Positions 40,973 through 49,851 are shown, numbered from the stretch's first letter. The stretch is DNA of 54,930 bases from a virus (IMGVR_UViG_3300030207_004860:1-54930); one strand, 5' to 3'. Notes: a model not told the origin generated them from the sequence alone. Numbers and translations are program-made.

Positions 40973-41238
40973 ACCGTCTCCTTTAACTCAACAAGTTTTG
41001 CACATCTTTCATACTCCTCTGTTTGAATATAATGCTCAATTAACATATCACAGACCTGGTTATAATTTACATCTGAAAATGGATTGAATGGTAGTGGTAT
41101 TCTATCTGCTCCTTCAAACATTAATGACTCATATGTATCCTTGCCGATTAGGATATTATATGCATTATCCATAGCATTATCAACCAATTCCAATTCATCA
41201 GTCTCGTATTTATTATTTTCCAAATTAAAGTGTTCCAT
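40969..41238 (-). CDS. Small acidic protein with a C-terminal UvrB/UvrC (UVR)-like motif
   Basis: YIQTEEYERCAKL; late motif 4 nt upstream of the ATG. Confidence 0.65.
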   Translation of the reverse strand: MEHFNLENNKYETDELELVDNAMDNAYNILIGKDTYESLMFEGADRIPLPFNPFSDVNYNQVCDMLIEHYIQTEEYERCAKLVELKETV

Positions 41239-41242
41239 ATTT

Positions 41243-41250
41243 ATAAATAT
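41243..41250 (-). promoter_or_regulatory. Putative late promoter ATATTTAT (leaderless)
   Basis: 4 nt before ATG 41238. Confidence 0.65.
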
Positions 41251-41257
41251 TATACTA

Positions 41258-41653
41258 TTACTTATTACTTAATAATTTACTTAATCTTTTATGTTTATTA
41301 TAAATTTTATTCATATCCTTCAGGGCACCTTTAGCCGGTTTAATGCCAGTCGAAGTATACTTTACTTTAACATCAAAGATACTATTTTTATCCATAACGT
41401 ACTCTTCAGTATCAAAATTGGCATGATCTTTAGCCAACTTGATATTAATTTTAATCAAAGAGATTACCTTGTCAAATTTATTTAATAGTTCATCGTCTTT
41501 GCCGGCACCAAGATTAGATGAAATGCTATCAAATATTTTATCTAGATTTAACTCCTTGTCTTTCCCTAGTTTTTTTAGCCTTTGGGTGCTTTGGTCTTTG
41601 TTTATAAGACCTTTGCCCATTTGAGCTAGTTTTCTTCTGACGTTTTTGTCCAT
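41258..41653 (-). CDS. Hypothetical protein
   Basis: 131-aa ORF; the start is uncertain because it overlaps the upstream ORF. Confidence 0.6.
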   Translation of the reverse strand: MDKNVRRKLAQMGKGLINKDQSTQRLKKLGKDKELNLDKIFDSISSNLGAGKDDELLNKFDKVISLIKINIKLAKDHANFDTEEYVMDKNSIFDVKVKYTSTGIKPAKGALKDMNKIYNKHKRLSKLLSNK

Positions 41654-41813
41654 TATAGATTTTTTTATTAATCTCTTCCTTTAATAGTTTATTTTTAATT
41701 TGACTATCAAAAAGAGATTGTTCTAGACTAGACAACCTTTTTTCACTTCTAATATATAGTGCAACATAGATTCCTAGTGCTAGAACAAATAATATACTAC
41801 TAATTATTTCCAT
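41538..41813 (-). CDS. Small membrane protein with a basic tail
   Basis: N-terminal TM segment and an AAGGAG SD. Confidence 0.65.
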   Translation of the reverse strand: MEIISSILFVLALGIYVALYIRSEKRLSSLEQSLFDSQIKNKLLKEEINKKIYNGQKRQKKTSSNGQRSYKQRPKHPKAKKTRERQGVKSR

Positions 41814-41830
41814 CTCTTATAACTCCTTTT

Positions 41831-42154
41831 TTAATATGGGTAATATGTTCCCCTGTCCTTACCAATCATACCCAATCTTGATGCAACATTAAATTGGTGT
41901 TTAGCATCATTTAGCAAATCAATAATTTTATTTGCCTCTGTAAATGTAATTTCATGTCTTTTATCACCAATTGTTAATGTACCAATTGTTGTTTGTGTAG
42001 CAGGTGGAATTACATTCTCATTATCAGTTAATCTCCATTCAATTGTTTTCCATAGCTTTCCATATTTATCTGGATTGAATGGTTTGTTCTGATTATGAAT
42101 TGTCTTTTTAACATCTTTTTTCCAATGTTGTCTTCGGGCTTTTGTTCTTGCCAT
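41831..42154 (-). CDS. Hypothetical protein
   Basis: 107-aa ORF. Confidence 0.7.
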   Translation of the reverse strand: MARTKARRQHWKKDVKKTIHNQNKPFNPDKYGKLWKTIEWRLTDNENVIPPATQTTIGTLTIGDKRHEITFTEANKIIDLLNDAKHQFNVASRLGMIGKDRGTYYPY

Positions 42155-42182
42155 TTTTAATTTCGTGGTGAGCCACTACCTT

Positions 42183-42539
42183 TTAATGATTATTAATAAA
42201 TTCCTTTTGTTTTAGAATTGCCATATCCAACTCAGACATGGACTTTTTTGCTTTTACTTTTTTTGGTAAACTATTATTTACAAATAATGATTGTTGTTTA
42301 CCTTCCATTGCTTCCTTAATCCTTTCATCTGTCATAGATGAATAAATCATATAACCTCTTGGATATCTATCACTTGGTACATGAATTGTATATTGAGGAC
42401 AGTCATAATATATTTTATCTCCAACTACATCACCCATATAGGTTAGTTCAGCAATTTGTCCTTTGTGAACACTACCATCAAAAAATTTGAATTTAACAGT
42501 TTGTCCAACTTTGTAAGTGTGTTTTTTCTTTTTTGCCAT
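42183..42539 (-). CDS. Hypothetical protein, SH3/KOW-like N-terminus
   Basis: YKVGQTVKF...G.I; preceded by an early-type promoter. Confidence 0.7.
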   Translation of the reverse strand: MAKKKKHTYKVGQTVKFKFFDGSVHKGQIAELTYMGDVVGDKIYYDCPQYTIHVPSDRYPRGYMIYSSMTDERIKEAMEGKQQSLFVNNSLPKKVKAKKSMSELDMAILKQKEFINNH

Positions 42540-42559
42540 TTGTTATTTTTTAATTAGTA

Positions 42560-42594
42560 ATAATATAATAAATTTCTGCTTAATAAAAAAATCT
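42560..42594 (-). promoter_or_regulatory. Putative early/middle promoter with Bacteroidota-type geometry
   Basis: AGATTTT-N20-TATATTAT. Confidence 0.55.
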
Positions 42595-42597
42595 GTA

Positions 42598-43056
42598 CTA
42601 GTTATTTTTTATTAGGTCCCATCTTTCAAAATAATTGTCGACATTATCTCTCCACTGAATATGAGGTGATGGAAGGTCCTTATATTCTTTTACATCTAAT
42701 TTTCTCATATGATTAGCAATATATTGCTTAATAATTTTAGATGGTACAATATAAAAGTCTGGTCTATATCCTGGCTTTTTAAGCTTAACAAAAATATAGA
42801 ATAGGGGTTTTATATCATTTTCTCTGCACCTTTCGGCACCAATGCTCCAAGAACTATATCCAGGCCTACTTGTTTTGACTTGAAATAGTGTTGCTTCATT
42901 TTTATTGTCGTCGTAGGCCATTATATCATAAACAGGATTATTTTTCAGACACCTTAGTGAATTATAACCTAAACCAGCTAATTCAGCTAATGCATAAAAT
43001 TCACCTGCAATACCTACCTGACCTTTATCTAATTTATACGCTTCTTCCATTTTCAA
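42598..43056 (-). CDS. PD-(D/E)XK-family nuclease-like protein
   Basis: G.AGE..A..EL...YDI.A......FQVKT. Confidence 0.65.
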   Translation of the reverse strand: MKMEEAYKLDKGQVGIAGEFYALAELAGLGYNSLRCLKNNPVYDIMAYDDNKNEATLFQVKTSRPGYSSWSIGAERCRENDIKPLFYIFVKLKKPGYRPDFYIVPSKIIKQYIANHMRKLDVKEYKDLPSPHIQWRDNVDNYFERWDLIKNN

Positions 43057-44335
43057 ATATGTGTTTAATTACTGGGAATCTAAGTGAATATTCCCCATCT
43101 TGATTTTTACTTTCCTCAAAGTATTGTACTGTAATTGTCTTGCCTAAGATTTTACTATGGTCATTTCCAAATTCTTTTCTTTGGTCAAGAGTAAAACCAG
43201 AACCAACACCTACATCATTACCTTTATGCTTAACTGTAATTTGGCTAAGGCAATTAATTGTTTTTTCTACACCTTCCTCTACAATTCTAATATCACCATT
43301 TGTTGCACCAGTAACTACATATTCAGCATCATGCATTGTTTTAACCTTTAGAATATCCTTTGACCTTTTACCTTTATACGTAGTACTTTTTCTTAGCATA
43401 ATGCCTTCATAGCCAGCATCATCTGCATCCTTAGCCATTTTTAGCATATGTTCATCATCCTTTACTGGTATTTGTTCTAACAATGATAGGTATTTGAATG
43501 TATTATGATGAAAGTCAATTGATACATCTTCTAATCTTTCTGTAAGAGTTCTTGTTCCAACCTGTTTGTCAAATTCATTTGTTGATAAACAATCAAATAT
43601 AACAAATTGTGGGTTTTCAATAGTATGGTTTTTCCTTCTTATTTGCTTCATAATGCCTTGGAAGTCCTCATTGCCATTTTCATCCATCATACAAACTTCA
43701 CCATCAAGAACAAAGTCACCATCAAACATTGCAACCTCATCTATGACATTTTGTAGTGTTTCAAATTCCTTACCTTGTCTGGAAAAAGCAGTAATAGTAT
43801 CACCTTCCTTTCTAATTAGACACCTAACACCATCTAATTTTCTAGATGAATACCAACTATCAGTTATGAAGTCACACATACCAGGTTCATATTTTTCTGC
43901 CAGTGCAACATTAAAGGTAGGAATACAATTTGGAATAACCTTGTTAATTGTTTTTGTATTAGCTCTAAGCTTTAGGTCTTTGTCCAATATGCAAAATATC
44001 ACATCAACATATCCAGGATTAAGCATTATAAAACCATTAATCATACCAACCGCTGCATGTCCTGTAACCTCTCTATTGGATAAGCTTTCCAATATATCAA
44101 ACAAATCATATTTACCTACAGCACATAGGTCTGGCCTTTTTTTACATTGTGCACTAGTGACACCAAATTGTTTATATGGACTATATGTATAGTGCAATGC
44201 TAGTTGTATCATTGATGAATCATGGTACCTAGCTAAAATTTCTTTTTTATCATTTAGGCTAGTTGTTGACTGCATTTCCTTTTGAAATTCATATATCATT
44301 TGTAGGTAGCCTACATTTCTTAATTTATCTGACAT
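43034..44335 (-). CDS. ATP-dependent DNA ligase
   Basis: KLDGVR, SRQGK, LDGE, EGIM, LKVK, VGSGF and LRFP. Confidence 0.96.
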   Translation of the reverse strand: MSDKLRNVGYLQMIYEFQKEMQSTTSLNDKKEILARYHDSSMIQLALHYTYSPYKQFGVTSAQCKKRPDLCAVGKYDLFDILESLSNREVTGHAAVGMINGFIMLNPGYVDVIFCILDKDLKLRANTKTINKVIPNCIPTFNVALAEKYEPGMCDFITDSWYSSRKLDGVRCLIRKEGDTITAFSRQGKEFETLQNVIDEVAMFDGDFVLDGEVCMMDENGNEDFQGIMKQIRRKNHTIENPQFVIFDCLSTNEFDKQVGTRTLTERLEDVSIDFHHNTFKYLSLLEQIPVKDDEHMLKMAKDADDAGYEGIMLRKSTTYKGKRSKDILKVKTMHDAEYVVTGATNGDIRIVEEGVEKTINCLSQITVKHKGNDVGVGSGFTLDQRKEFGNDHSKILGKTITVQYFEESKNQDGEYSLRFPVIKHIFENGRSV

Positions 44336-44789
44336 AGGGTATGTGATTTAATGTGTTAAAAGTTTCTATAATATATCTCCAATCCATTCCATTTTGTCCA
44401 AAATGAAAAAATGTACCTGCAAATGAAGTTTGACCTCTGTATGTTGTGTCATCAATAAGAATATCACCTGCAAGCAGGTCCTTTCTATGTGTTAAAAACA
44501 TCTTTCTTTTTAATGATGGTAGGTGTTGTTCCACCCAATCTCTTTTTTGACCCCAAGCATCAGGGTTGTTCCAGGGTGGTGTTGTTGCAATAAAAACATC
44601 ATGACCCATTTGTTCCAACTTAAATACAGATTCAATAGCATCTGGCATGGGTTCCAGTTTTGAAAAGTCAACATGTAAATCAGGTCGACCTTGCTGTTCT
44701 TTTGGTAGTTGTTCCTTTGCCTTATCGAAGTTACAAAGTACACCATCCATATCTAAAAATACCGTAAATTTATTATTTATATCTGCCAT
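44325..44789 (-). CDS. 5'(3')-deoxyribonucleotidase (NT5C-type HAD)
   Basis: DMDGVLCNF, K.DWV..H and KDLL.GDILIDD. Confidence 0.9.
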   Translation of the reverse strand: MADINNKFTVFLDMDGVLCNFDKAKEQLPKEQQGRPDLHVDFSKLEPMPDAIESVFKLEQMGHDVFIATTPPWNNPDAWGQKRDWVEQHLPSLKRKMFLTHRKDLLAGDILIDDTTYRGQTSFAGTFFHFGQNGMDWRYIIETFNTLNHIPYVR

Positions 44790-44796
44790 ATACTTT

Positions 44797-45492
44797 TTAG
44801 TTTTTTGGGTGAATTAATTCTGAATAACCATTTATTTTTACAGACCAAAAGTTTATCATAATTGGTCTACCATAGTCATCATCACCATCATCTGCTTCAT
44901 AACAATCAAGTTCAGCATTGATGTCATAAGATGATAATTCGTTAACAATTTTATCACCTTCATTAGCATTATAAACCTTTATATAAGGTTGCTTTGTGAC
45001 ATAGCCATTAACATCTGCATGTGATGACCACCTAAGGTCATTACCAGCAATTCTTTTTATAATGTCAAGGTTTGATTCAATTTTGTCTGTCCAGTAATTC
45101 ATTTTTTCCCAGTCAAATCCAACCATTCCCTGTTTAGTTCTAGGAACAAGACCTTCGAAGCAAGCGTAAGCATAAACTTCATGTAGTTGCCAATTGGCCA
45201 TCATATCGACCTCATCACAAAATTCAGTGTGGACATCACCTATTGTATATCCATCACCATATCCAGAATAACAAACGCTTTTCTGAAGTTTAACAATTTG
45301 TGAATCATCACTTAATAGATTCCAATCTGAATCCATATCAAGTCTTTTGATGATAGCATTCCATTGTTTAAGAATATTTGATTTTAATTCTTTAGCAACC
45401 TTATCATTGTGGTTGTACATATCTTTTGAATGTGGTTTAGTAACCTCGATACCAAAGTGAATTGGATTTGATTTTGATTTTTTATTTCGCAT
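44797..45492 (-). CDS. Hypothetical early protein
   Basis: 231-aa ORF behind an early-type promoter and an A-rich leader. Confidence 0.75.
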   Translation of the reverse strand: MRNKKSKSNPIHFGIEVTKPHSKDMYNHNDKVAKELKSNILKQWNAIIKRLDMDSDWNLLSDDSQIVKLQKSVCYSGYGDGYTIGDVHTEFCDEVDMMANWQLHEVYAYACFEGLVPRTKQGMVGFDWEKMNYWTDKIESNLDIIKRIAGNDLRWSSHADVNGYVTKQPYIKVYNANEGDKIVNELSSYDINAELDCYEADDGDDDYGRPIMINFWSVKINGYSELIHPKN

Positions 45493-45522
45493 AGCGTTAA
45501 TTGTTTATTAGTTATTTATATA

Positions 45523-45557
45523 TAAATATAAACAAAAAACCGCAAGAAAAAAAATTT
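45523..45557 (-). promoter_or_regulatory. Putative early promoter with Bacteroidota-type geometry
   Basis: AAATTTT-N20-TATATTTA. Confidence 0.65.
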
Positions 45558-45578
45558 CTAACGAACTATTTTTCAAAA

Positions 45579-45600
45579 GTTATTAACAAAGTTATTAACA
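45579..45600. repeat. Tandem GTTATTAACA pair (DnaA-box-like)
   Basis: Copies at 45579-45588 and 45591-45600. Confidence 0.6.
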
Positions 45601-45601
45601 A

Positions 45602-45685
45602 TTAAAAATTGATACCAATCAAGAACATAGCAACCATCACTGCTATATATATTGCTGGTGTAATATCTAATTTGTGTTCTTCCAT
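45602..45685 (-). CDS. Small single-TM peptide (27 aa)
   Basis: MEEHKLDITPAIYIAVMVAMFLIGINF*; below the track cutoff. Confidence 0.5.
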   Translation of the reverse strand: MEEHKLDITPAIYIAVMVAMFLIGINF

Positions 45686-45745
45686 ATTAATAAATAACAA
45701 TGACGGTCTATGATTAGGTTAACTCTGTGTTAATTTTATATTAAA

Positions 45746-45937
45746 TTAAAGTACTTGACTAACCTCAGATTTTTTAACCTCGACTACCTCGAATTCAACT
45801 CTTGAACCATCGAATAATTCATTTGTTGTAGCTTCTGCATCTGTAACAGATACACCTTCTACCAAATAACTTTCTCTTGTCCATTTAACTGTTTTTCCGT
45901 TGTCGTTTGCAACCTTTACTCTTACTAAATAATACAT
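45746..45937 (-). CDS. DUF4494-like protein
   Basis: Y.V.VK.....G..K...E.YLV...S.T.AEA pattern, recognised from Bacteroidota DUF4494 proteins. Confidence 0.65.
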   Translation of the reverse strand: MYYLVRVKVANDNGKTVKWTRESYLVEGVSVTDAEATTNELFDGSRVEFEVVEVKKSEVSQVL

Positions 45938-45940
45938 AAC

Positions 45941-46075
45941 TTATCCTTTTATTAACTTTGATTTAATTGTTTTACCTACAGCATATAACACCAATGCAAT
46001 TGCTGATAGATTAATTAGGTTTGGGTGCCAATGTTCACCACAAATACCTAGTGCATGATATAAAAATTCTTCCAT
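45941..46075 (-). CDS. Small membrane protein (44 aa) with an H.LG.CGEH.HP motif
   Basis: MEEFLYHALGICGEHWHPNLINLSAIALVLYAVGKTIKSKLIKG*. Confidence 0.6.
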   Translation of the reverse strand: MEEFLYHALGICGEHWHPNLINLSAIALVLYAVGKTIKSKLIKG

Positions 46076-46084
46076 ATTCTTTTC

Positions 46085-46270
46085 CTATTTTGACATCCAG
46101 TTAAAGATGTCCTTCATTATTAAATAAATGACCGCAAAGCTTGCAATCATTGTGAACGCATATAGTGTATTTTCAATATTAACAAGTGCATCCACTATTT
46201 CTGCACTTTTGATTGTTGTTTCTAGTTCAAACATATTATTCTCCATTTCGGCGGCCGTATCCCTCACCAT
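46085..46270 (-). CDS. Small membrane protein
   Basis: C-terminal TM segment; the start may be 46246 or further downstream. Confidence 0.55.
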   Translation of the reverse strand: MVRDTAAEMENNMFELETTIKSAEIVDALVNIENTLYAFTMIASFAVIYLIMKDIFNWMSK

Positions 46271-46297
46271 TTCTTCTAGCGCGGGTATGGCGATTTT

Positions 46298-46405
46298 TTA
46301 ACAATTAACAATTAGACATGCCACTACTATAATTCCAACAGTCCATTTTAGGCCAGTAATTGCTAGCCACTCCCCATATTCCTCAGGTGTCATATTATCC
46401 TTCAT
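46298..46405 (-). CDS. Small single-TM peptide (35 aa)
   Basis: MKDNMTPEEYGEWLAITGLKWTVGIIVVACLIVNC*. Confidence 0.5.
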   Translation of the reverse strand: MKDNMTPEEYGEWLAITGLKWTVGIIVVACLIVNC

Positions 46406-46556
46406 TTATTAAACTCCTATAAGCCCAATTATAGATATAGACTTTGTCTCTATTCCAAAAGCCTATTCTTGATTTGGCAAGTTCTTTAACTTCGTTACGT
46501 AGGCCATGAGCGTTAGCCTCCATTAAAATTTCTTCTATTTGTTCTTGTTCACTCAT
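46395..46556 (-). CDS. Small hypothetical protein (53 aa)
   Basis: MSEQEQIEEILMEANAHGLRNEV...; overlaps both neighbours. Confidence 0.6.
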   Translation of the reverse strand: MSEQEQIEEILMEANAHGLRNEVKELAKSRIGFWNRDKVYIYNWAYRSLINEG

Positions 46557-46665
46557 CTTTTTTATTTATTCTTTTTTCTATCCAAGATTCAACTTGTGTA
46601 GTAACATACATACCAGCAGCAAAACCGGTACCGAACATTACTAATAATGCAAATGCTTCTAACAT
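46549..46665 (-). CDS. Small single-TM peptide (38 aa)
   Basis: MLEAFALLVMFGTGFAAGMYVTTQVESWIEKRINKKDE*. Confidence 0.55.
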   Translation of the reverse strand: MLEAFALLVMFGTGFAAGMYVTTQVESWIEKRINKKDE

Positions 46666-47114
46666 AAATCTTCCTTTTTAATTTCTACTACGTTATTTAA
46701 TATTTCAAGACCAGACATGTCTCTAGGACTATCAGGTGCAAGATACATAACACGAGATATTCCAGATTGCAATATAAGTTTACAGCAATCCGGACACGGT
46801 GGAAGTGTCACATATAGTGTGGCACCTTCACAACTTGTACCATGACGAGCACATTTAAGTATAGCATTGGCCTCGGCATGTATTACCTTCCAATCTGTTT
46901 TCTCCTCTGCGGCACCTTCGATACCTGGTACCCCTTGTATGACCTCACATTTATTATCGAAGCCACTAGGCATGCCATTGTACCCATCACTAATAATCAT
47001 TTGGTCTTTTACTATTAGTGCACCTACCTTTGCTCGAGTACAATGTGATAGCTTTGACCATTCGATTGCCATACGCATATAGGCTATATCATATCTCCAC
47101 TGTTTAGCTGGCAT
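46659..47114 (-). CDS. dCMP deaminase
   Basis: S.C.R.KVGA, GYNG.P.G, HAEANA and PCPDC. Confidence 0.95.
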   Translation of the reverse strand: MPAKQWRYDIAYMRMAIEWSKLSHCTRAKVGALIVKDQMIISDGYNGMPSGFDNKCEVIQGVPGIEGAAEEKTDWKVIHAEANAILKCARHGTSCEGATLYVTLPPCPDCCKLILQSGISRVMYLAPDSPRDMSGLEILNNVVEIKKEDLC

Positions 47115-47349
47115 AGGTCTTGCTATTATAATGTTTATATATACTATTTAACTGTTTAAGGTAGTAGGCAGGTGGAATATAATCAACATCAGCATTACAG
47201 TGTTTCATACATTCATCAAGGTCAGTTATTACATTGCTTATAGTAAGATCAGAACCACCACAAGGATTATCCATACTCATACCATCACATGTAGCCATTA
47301 ATAAGCCTTTTAACTTTCTAAGTCTGGTTAAAAATTTATTCTGCCTCAT
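47104..47349 (-). CDS. Hypothetical protein
   Basis: 81-aa ORF. Confidence 0.65.
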   Translation of the reverse strand: MRQNKFLTRLRKLKGLLMATCDGMSMDNPCGGSDLTISNVITDLDECMKHCNADVDYIPPAYYLKQLNSIYKHYNSKTYAS

Positions 47350-47352
47350 AAC

Positions 47353-47733
47353 TTATATACTATCGTAATACCATTCCATGTCCAGTTGACTACTATCTGG
47401 CACATTCATTATTTCATCCTCTGTAGGAATTTGGTCACGTTCACAGATATCAGCCTCTGTTTCATGTCGTAGGTCAACATGAGTGTGTGCCACAGCCCCT
47501 CTTGGTTCACTTGGCCTTAATCTTATATCAAATGTCATACCATCAATACGTACCATCAATTCATCTGTTTTGTGTGATAATCCTGTTACGATGCCATGTA
47601 CCTTGTCATAGCCAAATTTTTTAAGTGGTCCTTTCCAACTACTACGTGGTTGACCTTTTTCATCTAACATAGGAGTATTTAGGTTCCAATATTTGAATAC
47701 CACCCTGTCTCCTCTTTGAATTTTATTTTGCAT
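47353..47733 (-). CDS. Hypothetical early protein
   Basis: 126-aa ORF behind an early-type promoter. Confidence 0.7.
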   Translation of the reverse strand: MQNKIQRGDRVVFKYWNLNTPMLDEKGQPRSSWKGPLKKFGYDKVHGIVTGLSHKTDELMVRIDGMTFDIRLRPSEPRGAVAHTHVDLRHETEADICERDQIPTEDEIMNVPDSSQLDMEWYYDSI

Positions 47734-47762
47734 AAGCGTAATTTTTTAATTGTTATTTACTG

Positions 47763-47797
47763 TTAATATAATAAAAAATCTCCAGATAAAAAAATTA
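47763..47797 (-). promoter_or_regulatory. Putative early promoter with Bacteroidota-type geometry
   Basis: TAATTTT-N20-TATATTAA. Confidence 0.6.
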
Positions 47798-48133
47798 TCT
47801 AGCTATTTTTTTGGTTTCTTCGATATGACGACATCTTTTTCTGAAGCCATATCCTGGACACGTACAACTGATTTCGTTACCTAATAGCGTAACCTCATAG
47901 TAGCTGTCACCTTTACTACTTTTTACCTTGTATACCTTACCTTGTACAAGATTAGTCTGTATAGGTTTTGCTTTATAGGGGATAAATCCTATGTCCTCCA
48001 ATTTAGGAGTAGGTTCGTCCGGTCCTAATAGATGCCATCCTGGCATAACATATCTTTTACCTAATAGTTCCATAGTAAACGGTGGTATTGTACCACCAAC
48101 TACTGTATACTTATTCCCCTTTTTTACTACCAT
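47795..48133 (-). CDS. SWIM zinc-finger protein
   Basis: V.SS.G..Y.V...CTCPGY.FRKRCRH. The likely start is ATG 48133. Confidence 0.75.
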   Translation of the reverse strand: MVVKKGNKYTVVGGTIPPFTMELLGKRYVMPGWHLLGPDEPTPKLEDIGFIPYKAKPIQTNLVQGKVYKVKSSKGDSYYEVTLLGNEISCTCPGYGFRKRCRHIEETKKIAR

Positions 48134-48287
48134 CTTTTTCTGTTTTAGTATCCTTAAATTTATCTGAAAGGTTGTCATGTGATTCGAAAAACACCTGACG
48201 TTTGGTACCTTTGTGTTCCCATATTGTAGACCAAACACCTTGGTCATATACTTCTACTAATCGATAGTCTTTAATATTCTTTGCCAT
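48111..48287 (-). CDS. Small hypothetical protein (58 aa)
   Basis: MAKNIKDYRLVEVYDQGVWSTIWEHKGTKRQVFFESHD...; below the track cutoff. Confidence 0.55.
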   Translation of the reverse strand: MAKNIKDYRLVEVYDQGVWSTIWEHKGTKRQVFFESHDNLSDKFKDTKTEKDGSKKGE

Positions 48288-48294
48288 TTCTTTA

Positions 48295-48495
48295 TTATCT
48301 TTTATTAACCATGTATGTACATGGATTAGTGTTAAACATTCCTACAGTGCAATCTGCTTCGATGATATACATGTCGACCAAAGCGGGATTAAAAAAATTT
48401 TTTTCTTGTAGGTTACAAGTAATTAGAGCAGCAACCTGGTTTCCCAGGAAGCCACCTAAATTACAACTAACTAACAACTTAACTATTTTATTCAT
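48295..48495 (-). CDS. Small hypothetical protein
   Basis: MNKIVKLLVSC... from ATG 48495, overlapping the stop of the AAA+ gene. Confidence 0.5.
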   Translation of the reverse strand: MNKIVKLLVSCNLGGFLGNQVAALITCNLQEKNFFNPALVDMYIIEADCTVGMFNTNPCTYMVNKR

Positions 48496-49666
48496 TTTCT
48501 TCGTTGGTTTCGTCTGCATTGAACAAGTCCTCGTCTGTTCCGTCATCCACAAACTTTTGTACAATCTGCTTGATAAAGGTCCTTTCACTGTCCACCCCAC
48601 CACTTGAATCGTATTGTGGGTACACTGTTACCTGAGCAGCCTCCAAAAGGTCAAATCCATCGTACATGATACTAGCCATTTCAACAGCAGTCCTAGTACT
48701 GATACCACCTGATATTCTTGGTTGTTCGGTTTGCATTTCCTTTCTGGTTGCCTCGGTAATACTAGCAATGTTATCTATTACTGTTATATCTAAGTTAGGA
48801 TATAATTCTTTTAACAGCTCAACCTCATCTTGCTTTTCCAGCATATCCATTTCAATCACAATGAATCTGTCCAATAAGGCCTTGTCCATTACTCGTGTTG
48901 AGGTATATTCGTTACCTATATTCGCAGTAGCAATAAAGCAGACACCTTTGGCAACATTAATGGTAGGTGAACCATCAGCCTCATCCAATCGTAAATAACG
49001 TTGGCCTGGGTCCAATACAGTCATTAGGATATTCCATGCATCTGGATGAGCACGAGATAATTCGTCCAATAGTATTACTGCATTTTCGGTTTGTATAGCC
49101 TTAACAAATGTAGATTCAGAGAAATATGTTCCATCTGATTTGTTGAAGTGTGTATTACCAATAAGAGTAGACCTTGGGTCCTGAGTGGCACCTAAGTTAA
49201 AATAGAATTCTGGTCTGTCCAAGGCATTAACCAAGGATTTTGCAGCCATTGTTTTACCACATCCGGCAGCACCAGTCATCATAATATTTTTACCACGAAC
49301 TGCTGACCTTACCAAATATTTCCATTTAAGGTCGCCCATTTTCATTAGGCTTGGTTTTAGTTCTGTGGATGTTTGGATAAATGACATTAATTCTGCCTGT
49401 TCCTTAGGAACGTTAGCTGTTTGTTCCTTTATCTGAAGGTCAATAGGTAATGGTTTGCAACCTTTAAGGTCAGAACCTACCTGTTGGGTAGTAGTCATTT
49501 TAATATTTTCACCATCAATAGCCACCTTAATAGCCTTACCTTCACGGATAGCTTTTGCAATTGTAGCTTTATTGATTTTAATCTGTTTGGAATCGTTGTA
49601 GTGATTGCCTTTACTGTCAACCAAGGTGTTAATGTCCTTAGGCTGTAAAAATAATGTAATTTGCAT
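48488..49666 (-). CDS. MoxR/CbbQ-NirQ-type AAA+ ATPase
   Basis: Walker A GAAGCGKT, Walker B ILLDE, ATAN and D.ALLDRF (Arg finger). Confidence 0.92.
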   Translation of the reverse strand: MQITLFLQPKDINTLVDSKGNHYNDSKQIKINKATIAKAIREGKAIKVAIDGENIKMTTTQQVGSDLKGCKPLPIDLQIKEQTANVPKEQAELMSFIQTSTELKPSLMKMGDLKWKYLVRSAVRGKNIMMTGAAGCGKTMAAKSLVNALDRPEFYFNLGATQDPRSTLIGNTHFNKSDGTYFSESTFVKAIQTENAVILLDELSRAHPDAWNILMTVLDPGQRYLRLDEADGSPTINVAKGVCFIATANIGNEYTSTRVMDKALLDRFIVIEMDMLEKQDEVELLKELYPNLDITVIDNIASITEATRKEMQTEQPRISGGISTRTAVEMASIMYDGFDLLEAAQVTVYPQYDSSGGVDSERTFIKQIVQKFVDDGTDEDLFNADETNEENE

Positions 49667-49700
49667 ATAGTTAATTGTTATTAGTTATTTATTTATAGTA

Positions 49701-49735
49701 TAAATATACATAAAATCTGCCAATTCTGAAAACTT
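49701..49735 (-). promoter_or_regulatory. Putative early promoter for the AAA+ gene
   Basis: AAGTTTT-N20-TATATTTA. Confidence 0.6.
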
Positions 49736-49746
49736 TTTAACGTAAA

Positions 49747-49776
49747 GTTATTAACAATTTGTAGTAGTTATTAACA
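49747..49776. repeat. Second GTTATTAACA pair (DnaA-box-like)
   Basis: Copies at 49747-49756 and 49767-49776. Confidence 0.6.
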
Positions 49777-49816
49777 TTATACAGTTCATGGTTGTTAGAT
49801 TTAATGGTTATATATG

Positions 49817-49851
49817 TAAATATAATAAAAAAATCCCATATAAAAAAATTT
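49817..49851 (-). promoter_or_regulatory. Putative early promoter, tandem and upstream of the AAA+ gene
   Basis: AAATTTT-N20-TATATTTA. Confidence 0.55.

Noticed and set aside
42164-42175. GTGG-TGAG-CCAC hairpin between two genes as a terminator
   Set aside because: The stem is only 4 bp and no U-tract follows on the coding strand.
16336-44335. Inteins or self-splicing introns in the primase, ligase, PhoH or Mre11-Rad50 genes
   Set aside because: Motif spacing is normal, and I saw no intein-like C...HN-[CST] insertion or interrupted frame.
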